Assembly: GCA_965206695.1 (NCBI GenBank)
Contig: CBDBKM010000003.1
Span: forward strand, 32,001 to 96,000
Direction: 5' to 3'
Origin: Chlamydiales bacterium
Lineage (GTDB): Bacteria; Chlamydiota; Chlamydiia; Chlamydiales; JAAZZY01
Length of the DNA: 64,000 nucleotides
Shown here piece after piece: positions 10,840 through 20,395 of the stretch. Position 1 is the stretch's first letter. Each line of letters begins with the position of its first letter. Both the position numbers and the translations under genes were made by a program. The notes beneath the pieces were generated by a model. That model did not search any database. It was given only the letters and a program-made list of their open reading frames with translations, and was not told the DNA's origin.

Positions 10840-10948
10840 TACGGAAGAAACATAGTAGATTAAGCTCTTGGAGCTCGTATTAAACGAACACTTAATTAGC
10901 AATGGTTGTTGAATGAGGGATCCTTTTCTTGAGAGTTGGGAGCTGTCA
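10840..10948 (+). mobile_element. Orphan IS200/IS605-type right end (TnpB omegaRNA-like scaffold)
   Basis: Aligns with the reverse complement of 50544-50660: TTAAGC.T.TGGAG, TAGCAA.GGT.GTTGAATGAGG.ATCC, GAGCTGTCA. Confidence 0.6.
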
Positions 10949-11187
10949 CAATAATCGCTATACTCGTCTAAATACTCCAAATTATAAAAAGATTATTATA
11001 TTATTTAATGGTCTAGATAAGATCTGATATTCAATAGAGTTTTTAAATTTTTAGAAAAGATTATTTAAATCATTAGTTTTAAATTAGATTCAAATAGGGT
11101 TTAAGAATATTAATATTATAGCATTTTTTTTCTGTCTTTGATAGGATGATGATGAATTTACTTTAATATTAAGGAGGCTTGAAATCT

Positions 11188-11916
11188 ATGAGTTTTCACA
11201 ATCGACTTGATTCGCGCACTAAAACAAAGATTGAAATTGCTTCAATTAATACATTTGCAACACAAGTATATGCTTGGATGGCAGTAGGTCTATTAGTAAC
11301 AGCTGTTGTTGCTTGGGCTTTATTTTCAACAGGAGCGTATTTATACTTTGGCTCCGGGGCAATTTTACTGACAATTTTAGGAACCCTCGGAATTGCCATA
11401 GCTATTCGTGCCGGCATTTCTCGTTTTTCTTTTACGACTTTAGCCGGCTTATTTATAGCTTATGCCGTTTTAGAAGGGATATTTTTTGGCTCTATTCTGC
11501 CTGTATATGCCGTTGCTTTTGGAGGCGGGCTTATTTGGACAGCTTTCGGTACTGCCGGAATTCTCTTTACTATTGCCTTGTGTTTTGGGATTTTCAGTAA
11601 ATCTGATTTGACCGGTATTGGCAGGCTACTCTCTATAGCTCTTATAGGGCTTATTGTGGTGACTCTAGCTTATTTTATCGTACAGTTTTTCGTCGCCATA
11701 CCCTGGCTATACTTACTAATATGTTATATTGGATTGATTATTTTTATTGGACTTACTGCTTATGATGCGCAGCAAATACGTCATATGAGCAAGCGAGTAG
11801 ACGGGTATTCAGTAGCTTCTTGTAAGCTCTCTTTGGTCATGGCTTTAAGAATGTATATTAATGTAATCATGATCTTCTGGTATCTATTACAAATTCTTTC
11901 TTTTTCAAGAAGATAG
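11188..11916 (+). CDS. yccA: Bax inhibitor-1/YccA family membrane protein
   Basis: About 7 TM segments, QVYAWMAVGL, TAYDAQQI, ALRMYINVIMIF; AAGGAGG RBS favours ATG 11188 over TTG 11179. Confidence 0.85.
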   Translation: MSFHNRLDSRTKTKIEIASINTFATQVYAWMAVGLLVTAVVAWALFSTGAYLYFGSGAILLTILGTLGIAIAIRAGISRFSFTTLAGLFIAYAVLEGIFFGSILPVYAVAFGGGLIWTAFGTAGILFTIALCFGIFSKSDLTGIGRLLSIALIGLIVVTLAYFIVQFFVAIPWLYLLICYIGLIIFIGLTAYDAQQIRHMSKRVDGYSVASCKLSLVMALRMYINVIMIFWYLLQILSFSRR

Positions 11917-11923
11917 GTTCTAT

Positions 11924-11958
11924 GATGCCATCATACAATTTCTGGTGGCATTTTTTTT
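11924..11958. terminator. Intrinsic terminator between convergent yccA and ftsY
   Basis: ATGCCATCA...TGGTGGCAT hairpin followed by a T-run. Confidence 0.6.
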
Positions 11959-12862
11959 ATTCAAATAATTGAGCTGCAAAAGCATCAGGATCAAAAGATG
12001 TGATATCTAAATGAGATTCCCCTGTTCCAATGAATTTTACCGGAATATCTAATTCACGTTGAATAGATACGACGGTTCCCCCTTTAGCTGTTCCATCCAT
12101 TTTACTTAAGATAAGGCCGGAAATAGGAGTAAATTTATTGAACGTTTTAGCCTGTTCAAGAGCATTTTGTCCGGCAGTTGCATCTAAGACAAGAAGAGTT
12201 TCATGGGGAGCTCTTTCGACTACTTTTCCACATACTTTTTTAATTTTTTCTAACTCTTTCATTAATGAAGTCTTAGTATGCAATCTCCCTGCAGTATCAA
12301 TTAAAATAATATCAGCATTCCTAGCCTTTCCTGCTGTAACAGCATCAAAGGCGACGGCAGCGGGATCACAGCCGGATTGTCCTTTGACAATATCGACATT
12401 AAGGTTCTCTGCCCATAAGGTCAGTTGTTCTATAGCTGCTGCTCGGAAAGTATCCGCAGCAGCAATAAGTACTTTTTGTCCTTGGGATTGATAAAAATGG
12501 GCTAGCTTGGCAATCGAGGTTGTTTTACCATTGCCGTTCACTCCAACAACCAGAATAACAGTAGGTTCGGTATTAGGAGCGAGTTGTAGGGATGAGGAGT
12601 GTGCTTTTAATAGAGAAGTAATTTCTTCACACATTTTTTGAAGAAGTTCATCACTAGTTAAAGAAGCATTTGAACGGTACCAAACTTTAACTTTCTCAAC
12701 TAAATCAAGAGCAGTCTTATTTCCAAGATCGGCTTCATAAAGTATTTTTTGTAATTGCTCTAAAGTTTCTTCATCAATTTTTTTGCTAAACAGGGAACGG
12801 ATTTTATTTCCCAAGAGAGATCCGCTTTTGTTAAAGGCGGATTTAAAAAAATTCAATACCAT
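11957..12862 (-). CDS. ftsY: Signal recognition particle receptor FtsY
   Basis: GVNGNGKTT, DTFRAAA, DTAGR, SKMDGTAKGG. Confidence 0.97.
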   Translation of the reverse strand: MVLNFFKSAFNKSGSLLGNKIRSLFSKKIDEETLEQLQKILYEADLGNKTALDLVEKVKVWYRSNASLTSDELLQKMCEEITSLLKAHSSSLQLAPNTEPTVILVVGVNGNGKTTSIAKLAHFYQSQGQKVLIAAADTFRAAAIEQLTLWAENLNVDIVKGQSGCDPAAVAFDAVTAGKARNADIILIDTAGRLHTKTSLMKELEKIKKVCGKVVERAPHETLLVLDATAGQNALEQAKTFNKFTPISGLILSKMDGTAKGGTVVSIQRELDIPVKFIGTGESHLDITSFDPDAFAAQLFE

Positions 12863-12958
12863 TATTAAAGACCTTTTTAAGTTGAATGAAATGCATAATT
12901 TAGCACATAAGGAAAATAAAGAAGTAGGCTAAAAACTTTTTTAGATGAAAGGTTATAG

Positions 12959-14119
12959 ATGAATCTTCACGAATACCAAGCAAAAACAATTTTACAAAAA
13001 TATGGCATTGATTTCGCTCCTTTTGGTGTGGCATCAAATCGAGAAGAAGCTGATGAGATTGTTGATCGCTTAGGTTTGCAAAAAGCTGTTATTAAAGTTC
13101 AAGTACATGCCGGTGGTAGAGGAAAAGCCGGTGGTGTAAAATTTGCTAAAGGTAAAGAAGAAATTTTACAAATAGCCGATAATTTAATTGGATTAAAAAT
13201 CGTTAATAATCAGACCGGTAAAGAAGGGGTAATCGCTCATAAGGTTTTAATAACAGAGCCTCTGGATATCCAAAAAGAATACTATGCCGGTATTATTATC
13301 GATCGCGAGAAAAAAGTACCGACTCTGATCCTTTCTCCGGAAGGAGGAATGGAAATTGAAGAAATAGCTAAAGATATGCCCGATCGAATTTTGACCCTCC
13401 CACTATACCCAAATGGAGAGTTGAAACATTTTCAAATCTTAGGGATTGCGAAATTTATGAATTGGACCGGAGATATTGCCAAGCAAGGCATGGGAATCCT
13501 TAAAGGTTTATGTAAAGCCTTTGTTGAATTAGACGCATCCCTTTTGGAAATCAATCCTTTAATCTTAACTCCGGACGAAAAAGTTGTAGCACTTGATGCC
13601 AAACTTAGCATCGATGAAAATGCCCTTTATCGCCAAAAAGAGGTTTCTGATTGCTATGATCCTACTCAAATTTCTGAATATGAAGTAAAAGCAGCTGAAT
13701 TTCAATTAGCTTATATCGCTTTAGATGGAGACATAGGATGTATGGTTAATGGAGCCGGTTTAGCCATGGCTACGATGGATATTATTAGTTTTTACGGAGG
13801 CACTCCGGCTAACTTCTTAGATGTGGGAGGCAGTGCCGATAAAGAGAAAGTGGCCCAAGGATTTAAAATCATTCTTTCTGACCCAAAGGTTAAAGCTATT
13901 TTAGTAAACATTTTTGGCGGTATTATGAATTGTGCGACCATTGCCGGTGGCATTCTTGCAGCGGCAGGAGAAATCACGAATATGGTTCCTTTAGTTGTTA
14001 GGATGGAAGGAACAGATGTAGAAGAAGGTCGTCGATTACTGCAAGAATCAGATTTAGCGATAATATCAGCAACCGGTTTAGCCGAAGCTGCGAAATTGGT
14101 GGTTCAAGAAGCTAAATAA
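12959..14119 (+). CDS. sucC: Succinyl-CoA synthetase beta subunit
   Basis: [38 protein letters not shown]. Confidence 0.98.
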   Translation: MNLHEYQAKTILQKYGIDFAPFGVASNREEADEIVDRLGLQKAVIKVQVHAGGRGKAGGVKFAKGKEEILQIADNLIGLKIVNNQTGKEGVIAHKVLITEPLDIQKEYYAGIIIDREKKVPTLILSPEGGMEIEEIAKDMPDRILTLPLYPNGELKHFQILGIAKFMNWTGDIAKQGMGILKGLCKAFVELDASLLEINPLILTPDEKVVALDAKLSIDENALYRQKEVSDCYDPTQISEYEVKAAEFQLAYIALDGDIGCMVNGAGLAMATMDIISFYGGTPANFLDVGGSADKEKVAQGFKIILSDPKVKAILVNIFGGIMNCATIAGGILAAAGEITNMVPLVVRMEGTDVEEGRRLLQESDLAIISATGLAEAAKLVVQEAK

Positions 14120-14133
14120 ACAAAGGTTCTTTT

Positions 14134-15003
14134 ATGTCCATACTCATCAATAAAAAGACAAAAGTTATCACTCAAGGAATTACAGGCCGAGCAGGACAAT
14201 TTCATACCGAGCAATGTTTGAAATATGGTACTCAAATGGTCGGGGGAGTTACTCCCGGAAAGGGAGGTGAACCGAGTCTCGGACTGCCTGTTTTTGATAC
14301 GGTAAGGGAAGCCAAAAAAGCTGTTGGCTGTGATGCTACGATGATTTTTGTACCTGCTCCTTATGCAGCTGATGCTATTTTAGAAGCAGAAGAGGCCGGA
14401 ATTGCTTTGATTGTCTGCATAACCGAAGGCATCCCTGTTTATGATATGTTAGAAGTCTCTAACATAATGGCCAGAAGTCGGACGAGCCGACTAATTGGTC
14501 CGAATTGTCCCGGTATTATCACTCCCGATGAATGCAAGATTGGTATAATGCCCGGTTATATTCATAAAAAAGGGAAAATAGGTATTGTTTCCAGATCGGG
14601 AACATTAACATATGAAGCGGTATGGCAAACAACACAATTAGGTCTTGGGCAGTCGACTTGTATTGGTATTGGAGGAGATCCTTTAAACGGAACTCATTAT
14701 GTCGATGTCTTAAAGATGTTTATGGAGGATCCTGCCACTGAGGCCGTTCTATTAATAGGTGAGATAGGTGGTAATACAGAAGAGCAAGCAGCTGAATGGA
14801 TTAAATCCAATCAAACCAAACCGGTAGCTGCGTTTATCGCAGGTATGATGGCACCGCCGGGAAAACGTATGGGACATGCCGGTGCAATTATTTCGGACGG
14901 TAAAGGAACAGCCCAAAGCAAAGTAAGTGCTTTTGAAGAAGCCGGGGTGATTATCTCCCGTACCCCTGCTGAAATGGGCGAAGCTGTTATGAAAGCTTTA
15001 TAG
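14134..15003 (+). CDS. sucD: Succinyl-CoA synthetase alpha subunit
   Basis: [27 protein letters not shown]. Confidence 0.98.
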   Translation: MSILINKKTKVITQGITGRAGQFHTEQCLKYGTQMVGGVTPGKGGEPSLGLPVFDTVREAKKAVGCDATMIFVPAPYAADAILEAEEAGIALIVCITEGIPVYDMLEVSNIMARSRTSRLIGPNCPGIITPDECKIGIMPGYIHKKGKIGIVSRSGTLTYEAVWQTTQLGLGQSTCIGIGGDPLNGTHYVDVLKMFMEDPATEAVLLIGEIGGNTEEQAAEWIKSNQTKPVAAFIAGMMAPPGKRMGHAGAIISDGKGTAQSKVSAFEEAGVIISRTPAEMGEAVMKAL

Positions 15004-15010
15004 GTATATT

Positions 15011-16156
15011 ATGTTATGTTGGCCCGGGCGAATACCCATCAAAATCCATCCGGTTTTTTGGCTTTTCGCCGCACTTATCGGTTTCTTTGCTACTCTCAAT
15101 TTTATCTATATGTTGATCTGGGTCATTGTGATCCTGGTTTCCGTATTAGTACATGAATTTGGGCATGCCTTAACGGCTAAAGCATTTGATCAACGGGCTC
15201 GCATCGAATTAATCGCTTTAGGAGGCTTAACTTTTCATGAAGGAAAAAAATTAAAGCTTTGGCAAGATTTTGTCATTGTTTTGATAGGACCCTTAGCTGG
15301 GCTGGTTCTTTGTGGTATTACCTATTTCTTGGTGAGATTCGTGCCGGCTGATATGCCGATTCTGTTGTATATTCTTTTGATTTTTGTTCGTATTAATCTT
15401 TTTTGGAGTTTAATAAATCTCTTACCCGTCTTACCATTAGATGGGGGGCAACTATTACGCATTATAATGGAAGGAATATTTGGTTTTAGAGGTTTAAAAA
15501 TCACTCTATTTGTAGGTGTTGTATTAGGAATTGGTATCGGTATCGGATTCTTTTATTTTGGAGCTCTTTTAATAGGAGCGATCTTTTTGCTTTTAGCCTT
15601 TGAGAGTTTTACTTCTTGGAAATATTTTAAACACATGACAAGTGAAGATAAAGACACAACACTGATTCATAGCTTAGAAGAAGGGGAAAAAGATTTAATA
15701 AAGGGTAACACGGATGAAGCTTTAAAAGAATTTGAAGAGCTGCGTAAAAAGTCTCAAAGGGGGCTTATTTATATAGAAGCCAGCGAGAAGATAGCATATT
15801 TATTGGAACAAAAAGGGGAGCGGAAAGCAGCCTACGATATCTTAAAGGAATTGAAAGAAGAGCTTTCAGGAGAGGGCAGACACTTATTGCACTGTCTAGC
15901 TTACCATAATAAAGACTATATCCTTACTTTAGAATTAGGCAAACGTTGCTTTCAAGATTTTCCTACTCATAATGTTGCTTTGATTAACGCTTTGGTTTGT
16001 GCTTCTTTGGATCAAACCAAACCGGCTATAGGATGGTTAGAATGCGCTATTCGTGAAGGTCTCCCTACCATATCAGAAGTTTTTGAGAAAAAAGAATTTG
16101 ATAAAATACGAGAAAACCCGACCTTTCAAGCTTTTATGAAAAATTATCATTCTTAG
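15011..16156 (+). CDS. Site-2 (M50) zinc metalloprotease with TPR-like C-terminus
   Basis: VHEFGH and NLLPVLPLDGG motifs, TM helices, helical C-terminal domain. Confidence 0.9.
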   Translation: MLCWPGRIPIKIHPVFWLFAALIGFFATLNFIYMLIWVIVILVSVLVHEFGHALTAKAFDQRARIELIALGGLTFHEGKKLKLWQDFVIVLIGPLAGLVLCGITYFLVRFVPADMPILLYILLIFVRINLFWSLINLLPVLPLDGGQLLRIIMEGIFGFRGLKITLFVGVVLGIGIGIGFFYFGALLIGAIFLLLAFESFTSWKYFKHMTSEDKDTTLIHSLEEGEKDLIKGNTDEALKEFEELRKKSQRGLIYIEASEKIAYLLEQKGERKAAYDILKELKEELSGEGRHLLHCLAYHNKDYILTLELGKRCFQDFPTHNVALINALVCASLDQTKPAIGWLECAIREGLPTISEVFEKKEFDKIRENPTFQAFMKNYHS

Positions 16157-16287
16157 AAAAATGGATCGTTACAGTTGTGTATAGTAGTTTAAATTATAAA
16201 TTTTACTAATAACTCGTTCACCACTCATTCAAGATTTCTGCATAACTGACTTGATAATATTTTTTAAAACCCACTGATTGTCTAAAG

Positions 16288-16358
16288 GCCCTTTCAACAT
16301 CGAAGTGCAACAAATAGGAAAAATTTTAAAATGGCCAAATGCCGGTAAAATCTCTATA
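16288..16358 (+). mobile_element. Solo IS30-family left-end remnant
   Basis: Reverse complement is similar to 27052-27121, which lies upstream of an IS30 transposase fragment. Confidence 0.6.
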
Positions 16359-16805
16359 ACCTGATGTTCCTTATGATACCTTTTTAACACAGTCTATTTT
16401 ATTAAACCTAATGCAATGAAGATTTCAGCATACAGCTGTCACCTACATTAGCTATCGGCACACAGTTTATTTTTATTGATTTCATAAAACTATACCTACT
16501 GTTTTTGTTTATTTCACTAATATTATCATGTTATTTTATTAATAAATTTAATCCATAATTTCCACAAGTCATTAATAATGATCAGTATACGGAAAAAAAA
16601 TCAATAATATGCATAATTAATTGTATCAATAAAACACATTTAGTTATATAATTAATTGCACACAAACTAACGACAACTATTAAATAAAAAAACAATTAAT
16701 ATAATTAGTGGTCTGTTGAAAACAGTATTGCAAGTCCTTGATTAGTTAACAACCTCTACAGCTTATCAGTGACTTAGGTGAACTTTTGAAATACACTTAT
16801 GATAG

Positions 16806-18815
16806 ATGGATATGTATAATATAATTAATATGATAGGTGATAATGTTACTAACGTAATTTCATTTATCAATGATAATTCTTCCCCGGTCAATATTGCTGC
16901 GATAACATGTCCGCTGCTATTTGCGCTAGCTGTCTTAAAATCACCGGGCCCGGAATTATTTAAGATCAATTACGAACGAATAACTATGATGGCTATTCCT
17001 AAGATACGTTTAATCCTTGAAAACCAAAGAAATACAATAGAGCGCATGGTGCATAATTTATTTATGCATCCGGAATTGAGAGATAGATCTCTTTTGGATC
17101 GTATTTTAACAATCCCTGAAGGCCACATAGAAGATGTTCAGATATTTAATATTGATGACTTCAATAGAACACGCGTCTTGGAATATCTTATGCTTATTTC
17201 TGAAGATAAACGTAAACAATTCATTCAACAGGCTCGGACGTTTATCACAACAGAGACGGATCCCTCTAATGGACTTATAGTCTTAGGATATCTTATAAAT
17301 TTTTCTGAAGATCAACGTGAACAATTCATTCAACAGGCTCAGACGTTTATCACAACAGATACGAACGCCGCTACTAGATTTCTAGTCTTGAATACTATTG
17401 CAAATACCCGTCACGATCAACGGGAAAATATCATTCACCGGGTTCGGATGCTTATCACAACAGATATGGAGTTCTGTGATATAATTAAAATCTTCGAAGC
17501 TGTTCAAATTATTACAGATTTGGAGGCTATTCTAGGAGAGACTCTTCTGGGATACACTATCCCTGAAATTCTATGCACAGATTTAATAGAAGATGTTCTG
17601 GATCTAACCAAATCAGATCAAGATTTTTTGAATACAATAAAAAATTTGCAGGTGGCTATAACGTTGCTCCCTAACAATCAGCTTGAAATTTTAATGCCAA
17701 ATATTCAGAGTTTGATTGCATCAGATCAGAATTATTTGGATATAATGAGAGCCTTCCGGGATGCTTTATTTCCCCCTGAAAATCAAGGTGGAAATCCAAT
17801 ACAGAGTGAGACTCAACTCGAACTTTCAAGAACGGAGTTTCAAGAAAACTCTAAAGCTCTTTTATTAAATTATGCTAAAGAGATAATTGATTACGGATCC
17901 GGGCAGACGCCTTCTATTTCATACACAGACGAGAAGGGGCAGGACGTAGGAGGACTTACAAGAGATTTTATCACAAACATTTTTCTTGAAATATATACTA
18001 ACTCTGAAGTATTCAATACGAAATCAATAGATGATCAGGGTGTCCTGATTCATCTTGATGATGCACAGGATAGCGAGATTTCTAAGGCAATCGGAATTAT
18101 TTTAGGTACAGCCTTAATCAATCAAACATTCTCAATAGGAAAAGGTTTTCATCCCGTTTTATTTCATATGATTAAGATTCTTAATCAAAAAGACTTTCAA
18201 CACATCCCGGGCAATATTCAAAGTATAGCAGATCTAAATAAGCTGTTACATAAGGAGTCGTCAGGTAAAGTATTCACTAAGCTCTTTGATAAATATATAG
18301 AAATCATTTATCCTGAAGGTCTTGCCGGGATGAACAATAAAGAGTTTTTAGAAACTTATCCTGAACCTCATCAAGTGATTCGGTCTATTGCCCTCATTGC
18401 AAAGCACATGTATAATTATCTTGTCAAACATGATAATGGTTGGGATGCGGTTGCAAAGATAAGTCATGAAACCTTATCTAAGAGATTAGAAGGAGAGATC
18501 TCCAAACAATTGTTAAAAACATCGATTCAATCAAACAATGAAAATTTAACTGCATTAATAAATAACTGGGTTGATTCGGCAAATGATGATCAGTTAAAGG
18601 AGTTTCTTCTTTGTGCAACAGGATCTTTCACTTTATTACCTCAACAAAAATTATTTATGGAGCGAGTGAGCAATTCCAATCAATCATTTACTTTTCATAC
18701 TTGTTCCGGAACGGTAGAAGTCAGCATTGATACCACGCAGCCTCCGGATCAAGCAACATTCAACTGTCATTTAGATACATCTATTAGCATGCCAAATGAA
18801 TTTCAAATACTATAA
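16806..18815 (+). CDS. Putative eukaryotic-type HECT E3 ubiquitin ligase effector with N-terminal 35-aa repeats
   Basis: EKGQDVGGLTRDF (N-lobe), EFLLCATGSFTLLP and FHTCSG (Cys633), Phe at -4 from the C-terminus (EFQIL*). Confidence 0.75.
   Translation: MDMYNIINMIGDNVTNVISFINDNSSPVNIAAITCPLLFALAVLKSPGPELFKINYERITMMAIPKIRLILENQRNTIERMVHNLFMHPELRDRSLLDRILTIPEGHIEDVQIFNIDDFNRTRVLEYLMLISEDKRKQFIQQARTFITTETDPSNGLIVLGYLINFSEDQREQFIQQAQTFITTDTNAATRFLVLNTIANTRHDQRENIIHRVRMLITTDMEFCDIIKIFEAVQIITDLEAILGETLLGYTIPEILCTDLIEDVLDLTKSDQDFLNTIKNLQVAITLLPNNQLEILMPNIQSLIASDQNYLDIMRAFRDALFPPENQGGNPIQSETQLELSRTEFQENSKALLLNYAKEIIDYGSGQTPSISYTDEKGQDVGGLTRDFITNIFLEIYTNSEVFNTKSIDDQGVLIHLDDAQDSEISKAIGIILGTALINQTFSIGKGFHPVLFHMIKILNQKDFQHIPGNIQSIADLNKLLHKESSGKVFTKLFDKYIEIIYPEGLAGMNNKEFLETYPEPHQVIRSIALIAKHMYNYLVKHDNGWDAVAKISHETLSKRLEGEISKQLLKTSIQSNNENLTALINNWVDSANDDQLKEFLLCATGSFTLLPQQKLFMERVSNSNQSFTFHTCSGTVEVSIDTTQPPDQATFNCHLDTSISMPNEFQIL
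17200..17515 (+). repeat. Three 105-bp (35-aa) tandem repeats inside the HECT gene
   Basis: SEDKRKQFIQQARTFITTET / SEDQREQFIQQAQTFITTDT / RHDQRENIIHRVRMLITTDM. Confidence 0.9.
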
Positions 18816-18903
18816 TACCGGGTGTTTACCGGCTGTGTGAAAACAGCAAGTAAGGTAGTTGCATCTATATAGTGATGAAAATTATTATTTAAACCACTAT
18901 GCA

Positions 18904-20328
18904 TCATGCATGGTCATTATGTTCTATGTGAGCTTTCCATTCCGGTTTTTTAAAATGGTGAACAATAAGCGGTATCGCAATAAGAACAGCGATGCCTATG
19001 ATTAAAAAAGATTCATAAAAAATAAGACTGCCTGATTGTATTTGATCGGGAGGAACAAAGCCAATAAAGAAGGTAGCTATTGATGCGATTAATCCAAGGC
19101 CTGCAACTAACCACATTCCCAACTTCCCTCCAAATACTTTATAGGACCGCTCCATTGTGGGTTTAGAATATCTAAGGCGAATACCTGCTGCTAATAATAG
19201 AATATAAAAGATCAGGTACACTTGCGTTGTTAAGGCTGTTAAAATCCAATAAGAGCTGTTTATATCAGGCATAATAATAAAAATAAAAGCTAGCGGTGTG
19301 ACGATAACACCTTGAAAAAGAAGAAGCGCTATCGGCACCTGCTTTTTATTTGCCTTTTGGAAAAAAGGAGGCAAAATACCATGTCTTGCTGTTATATAAA
19401 GTCCTTTAACAGGTCCAATAATCCATGTACTTACTTGACTAAATGTTCCTAGGGCCATACAGGAAGCAATGACAGGAATTAACCAAACGAGGTTATAGGC
19501 TTTTAAAAATATGCTAAAAGCTTCCATAACGCCTGCTACTAAACTGATTTGATTTTTAGGGATTACAATGGCAATAGCTAAGGAAGCTACCACTAATAAA
19601 ATAAGGATGATCACAACAGAGCATAAAATAGCTTTAGAATAGTTCACTCTTGGATTTTTAACTTCTCTTGCATGTACAGCGCTCATTTCAATACCTGCAA
19701 GTCCTAATACCACTCCGGCTATAAATACTAAATTGCTTACATCAAAATTAGGTATAAAAGAATCGAAGCTTAATGAGATTTGACTCCGGTGTCCTGAGGC
19801 TATCCAAACGATACCCATCAATATAATAAATAAACCCGGAAGAACCGTTCCGATTAAAACTCCTATAGTACTCACCCAGCCGGAAACTTTCATGCCTAAC
19901 AGATTAATGAGAGTACACACCCAATAAATAACCAAGATGGTAATAAGCAGATACACTTTATTGTGAGCTAAGTCCGGATTTATGAAGTAAGCCATAGTGG
20001 CAGCAGCAAAAGCCAAAACAGTTGGAAACCAGATGATATTTTCGATAAACTGCATCCAAATAGCTAAGAATCCCAATCTAGATCCAAAAGCTTCCTCTAT
20101 CCATATATATGCTCCTCCTGCCTTAGGAATAGCAGTCGCAAGTTCTGCTGATACTAAAGATACCGGAATGAAAAAAGCAATGGCTGCAATGATATAAATA
20201 AAGACAAGTCCTAAACCATATGTGGAAGTTAACGGCAGTCCTCGCAAGCTGGTAATAGCCGCTACATTAATCATGGTAAGGACAAAGACGCTTAGCACAC
20301 GTCTTGAAGGGATAGATGAAGTATTCAT
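18904..20328 (-). CDS. APC-family amino acid permease (GadC-like antiporter)
   Basis: INVAAITSLRGLP, AELATAIPKAGGAYIW, GIEMSAVHAREVKNP, about 12 TM. Confidence 0.9.
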   Translation of the reverse strand: MNTSSIPSRRVLSVFVLTMINVAAITSLRGLPLTSTYGLGLVFIYIIAAIAFFIPVSLVSAELATAIPKAGGAYIWIEEAFGSRLGFLAIWMQFIENIIWFPTVLAFAAATMAYFINPDLAHNKVYLLITILVIYWVCTLINLLGMKVSGWVSTIGVLIGTVLPGLFIILMGIVWIASGHRSQISLSFDSFIPNFDVSNLVFIAGVVLGLAGIEMSAVHAREVKNPRVNYSKAILCSVVIILILLVVASLAIAIVIPKNQISLVAGVMEAFSIFLKAYNLVWLIPVIASCMALGTFSQVSTWIIGPVKGLYITARHGILPPFFQKANKKQVPIALLLFQGVIVTPLAFIFIIMPDINSSYWILTALTTQVYLIFYILLLAAGIRLRYSKPTMERSYKVFGGKLGMWLVAGLGLIASIATFFIGFVPPDQIQSGSLIFYESFLIIGIAVLIAIPLIVHHFKKPEWKAHIEHNDHA

Positions 20329-20395
20329 AAATATTTCTAATATCAAGTTAAAGATATCAAAAGCAAGTCCAAATGCTTACAACGTATCAAACAGC

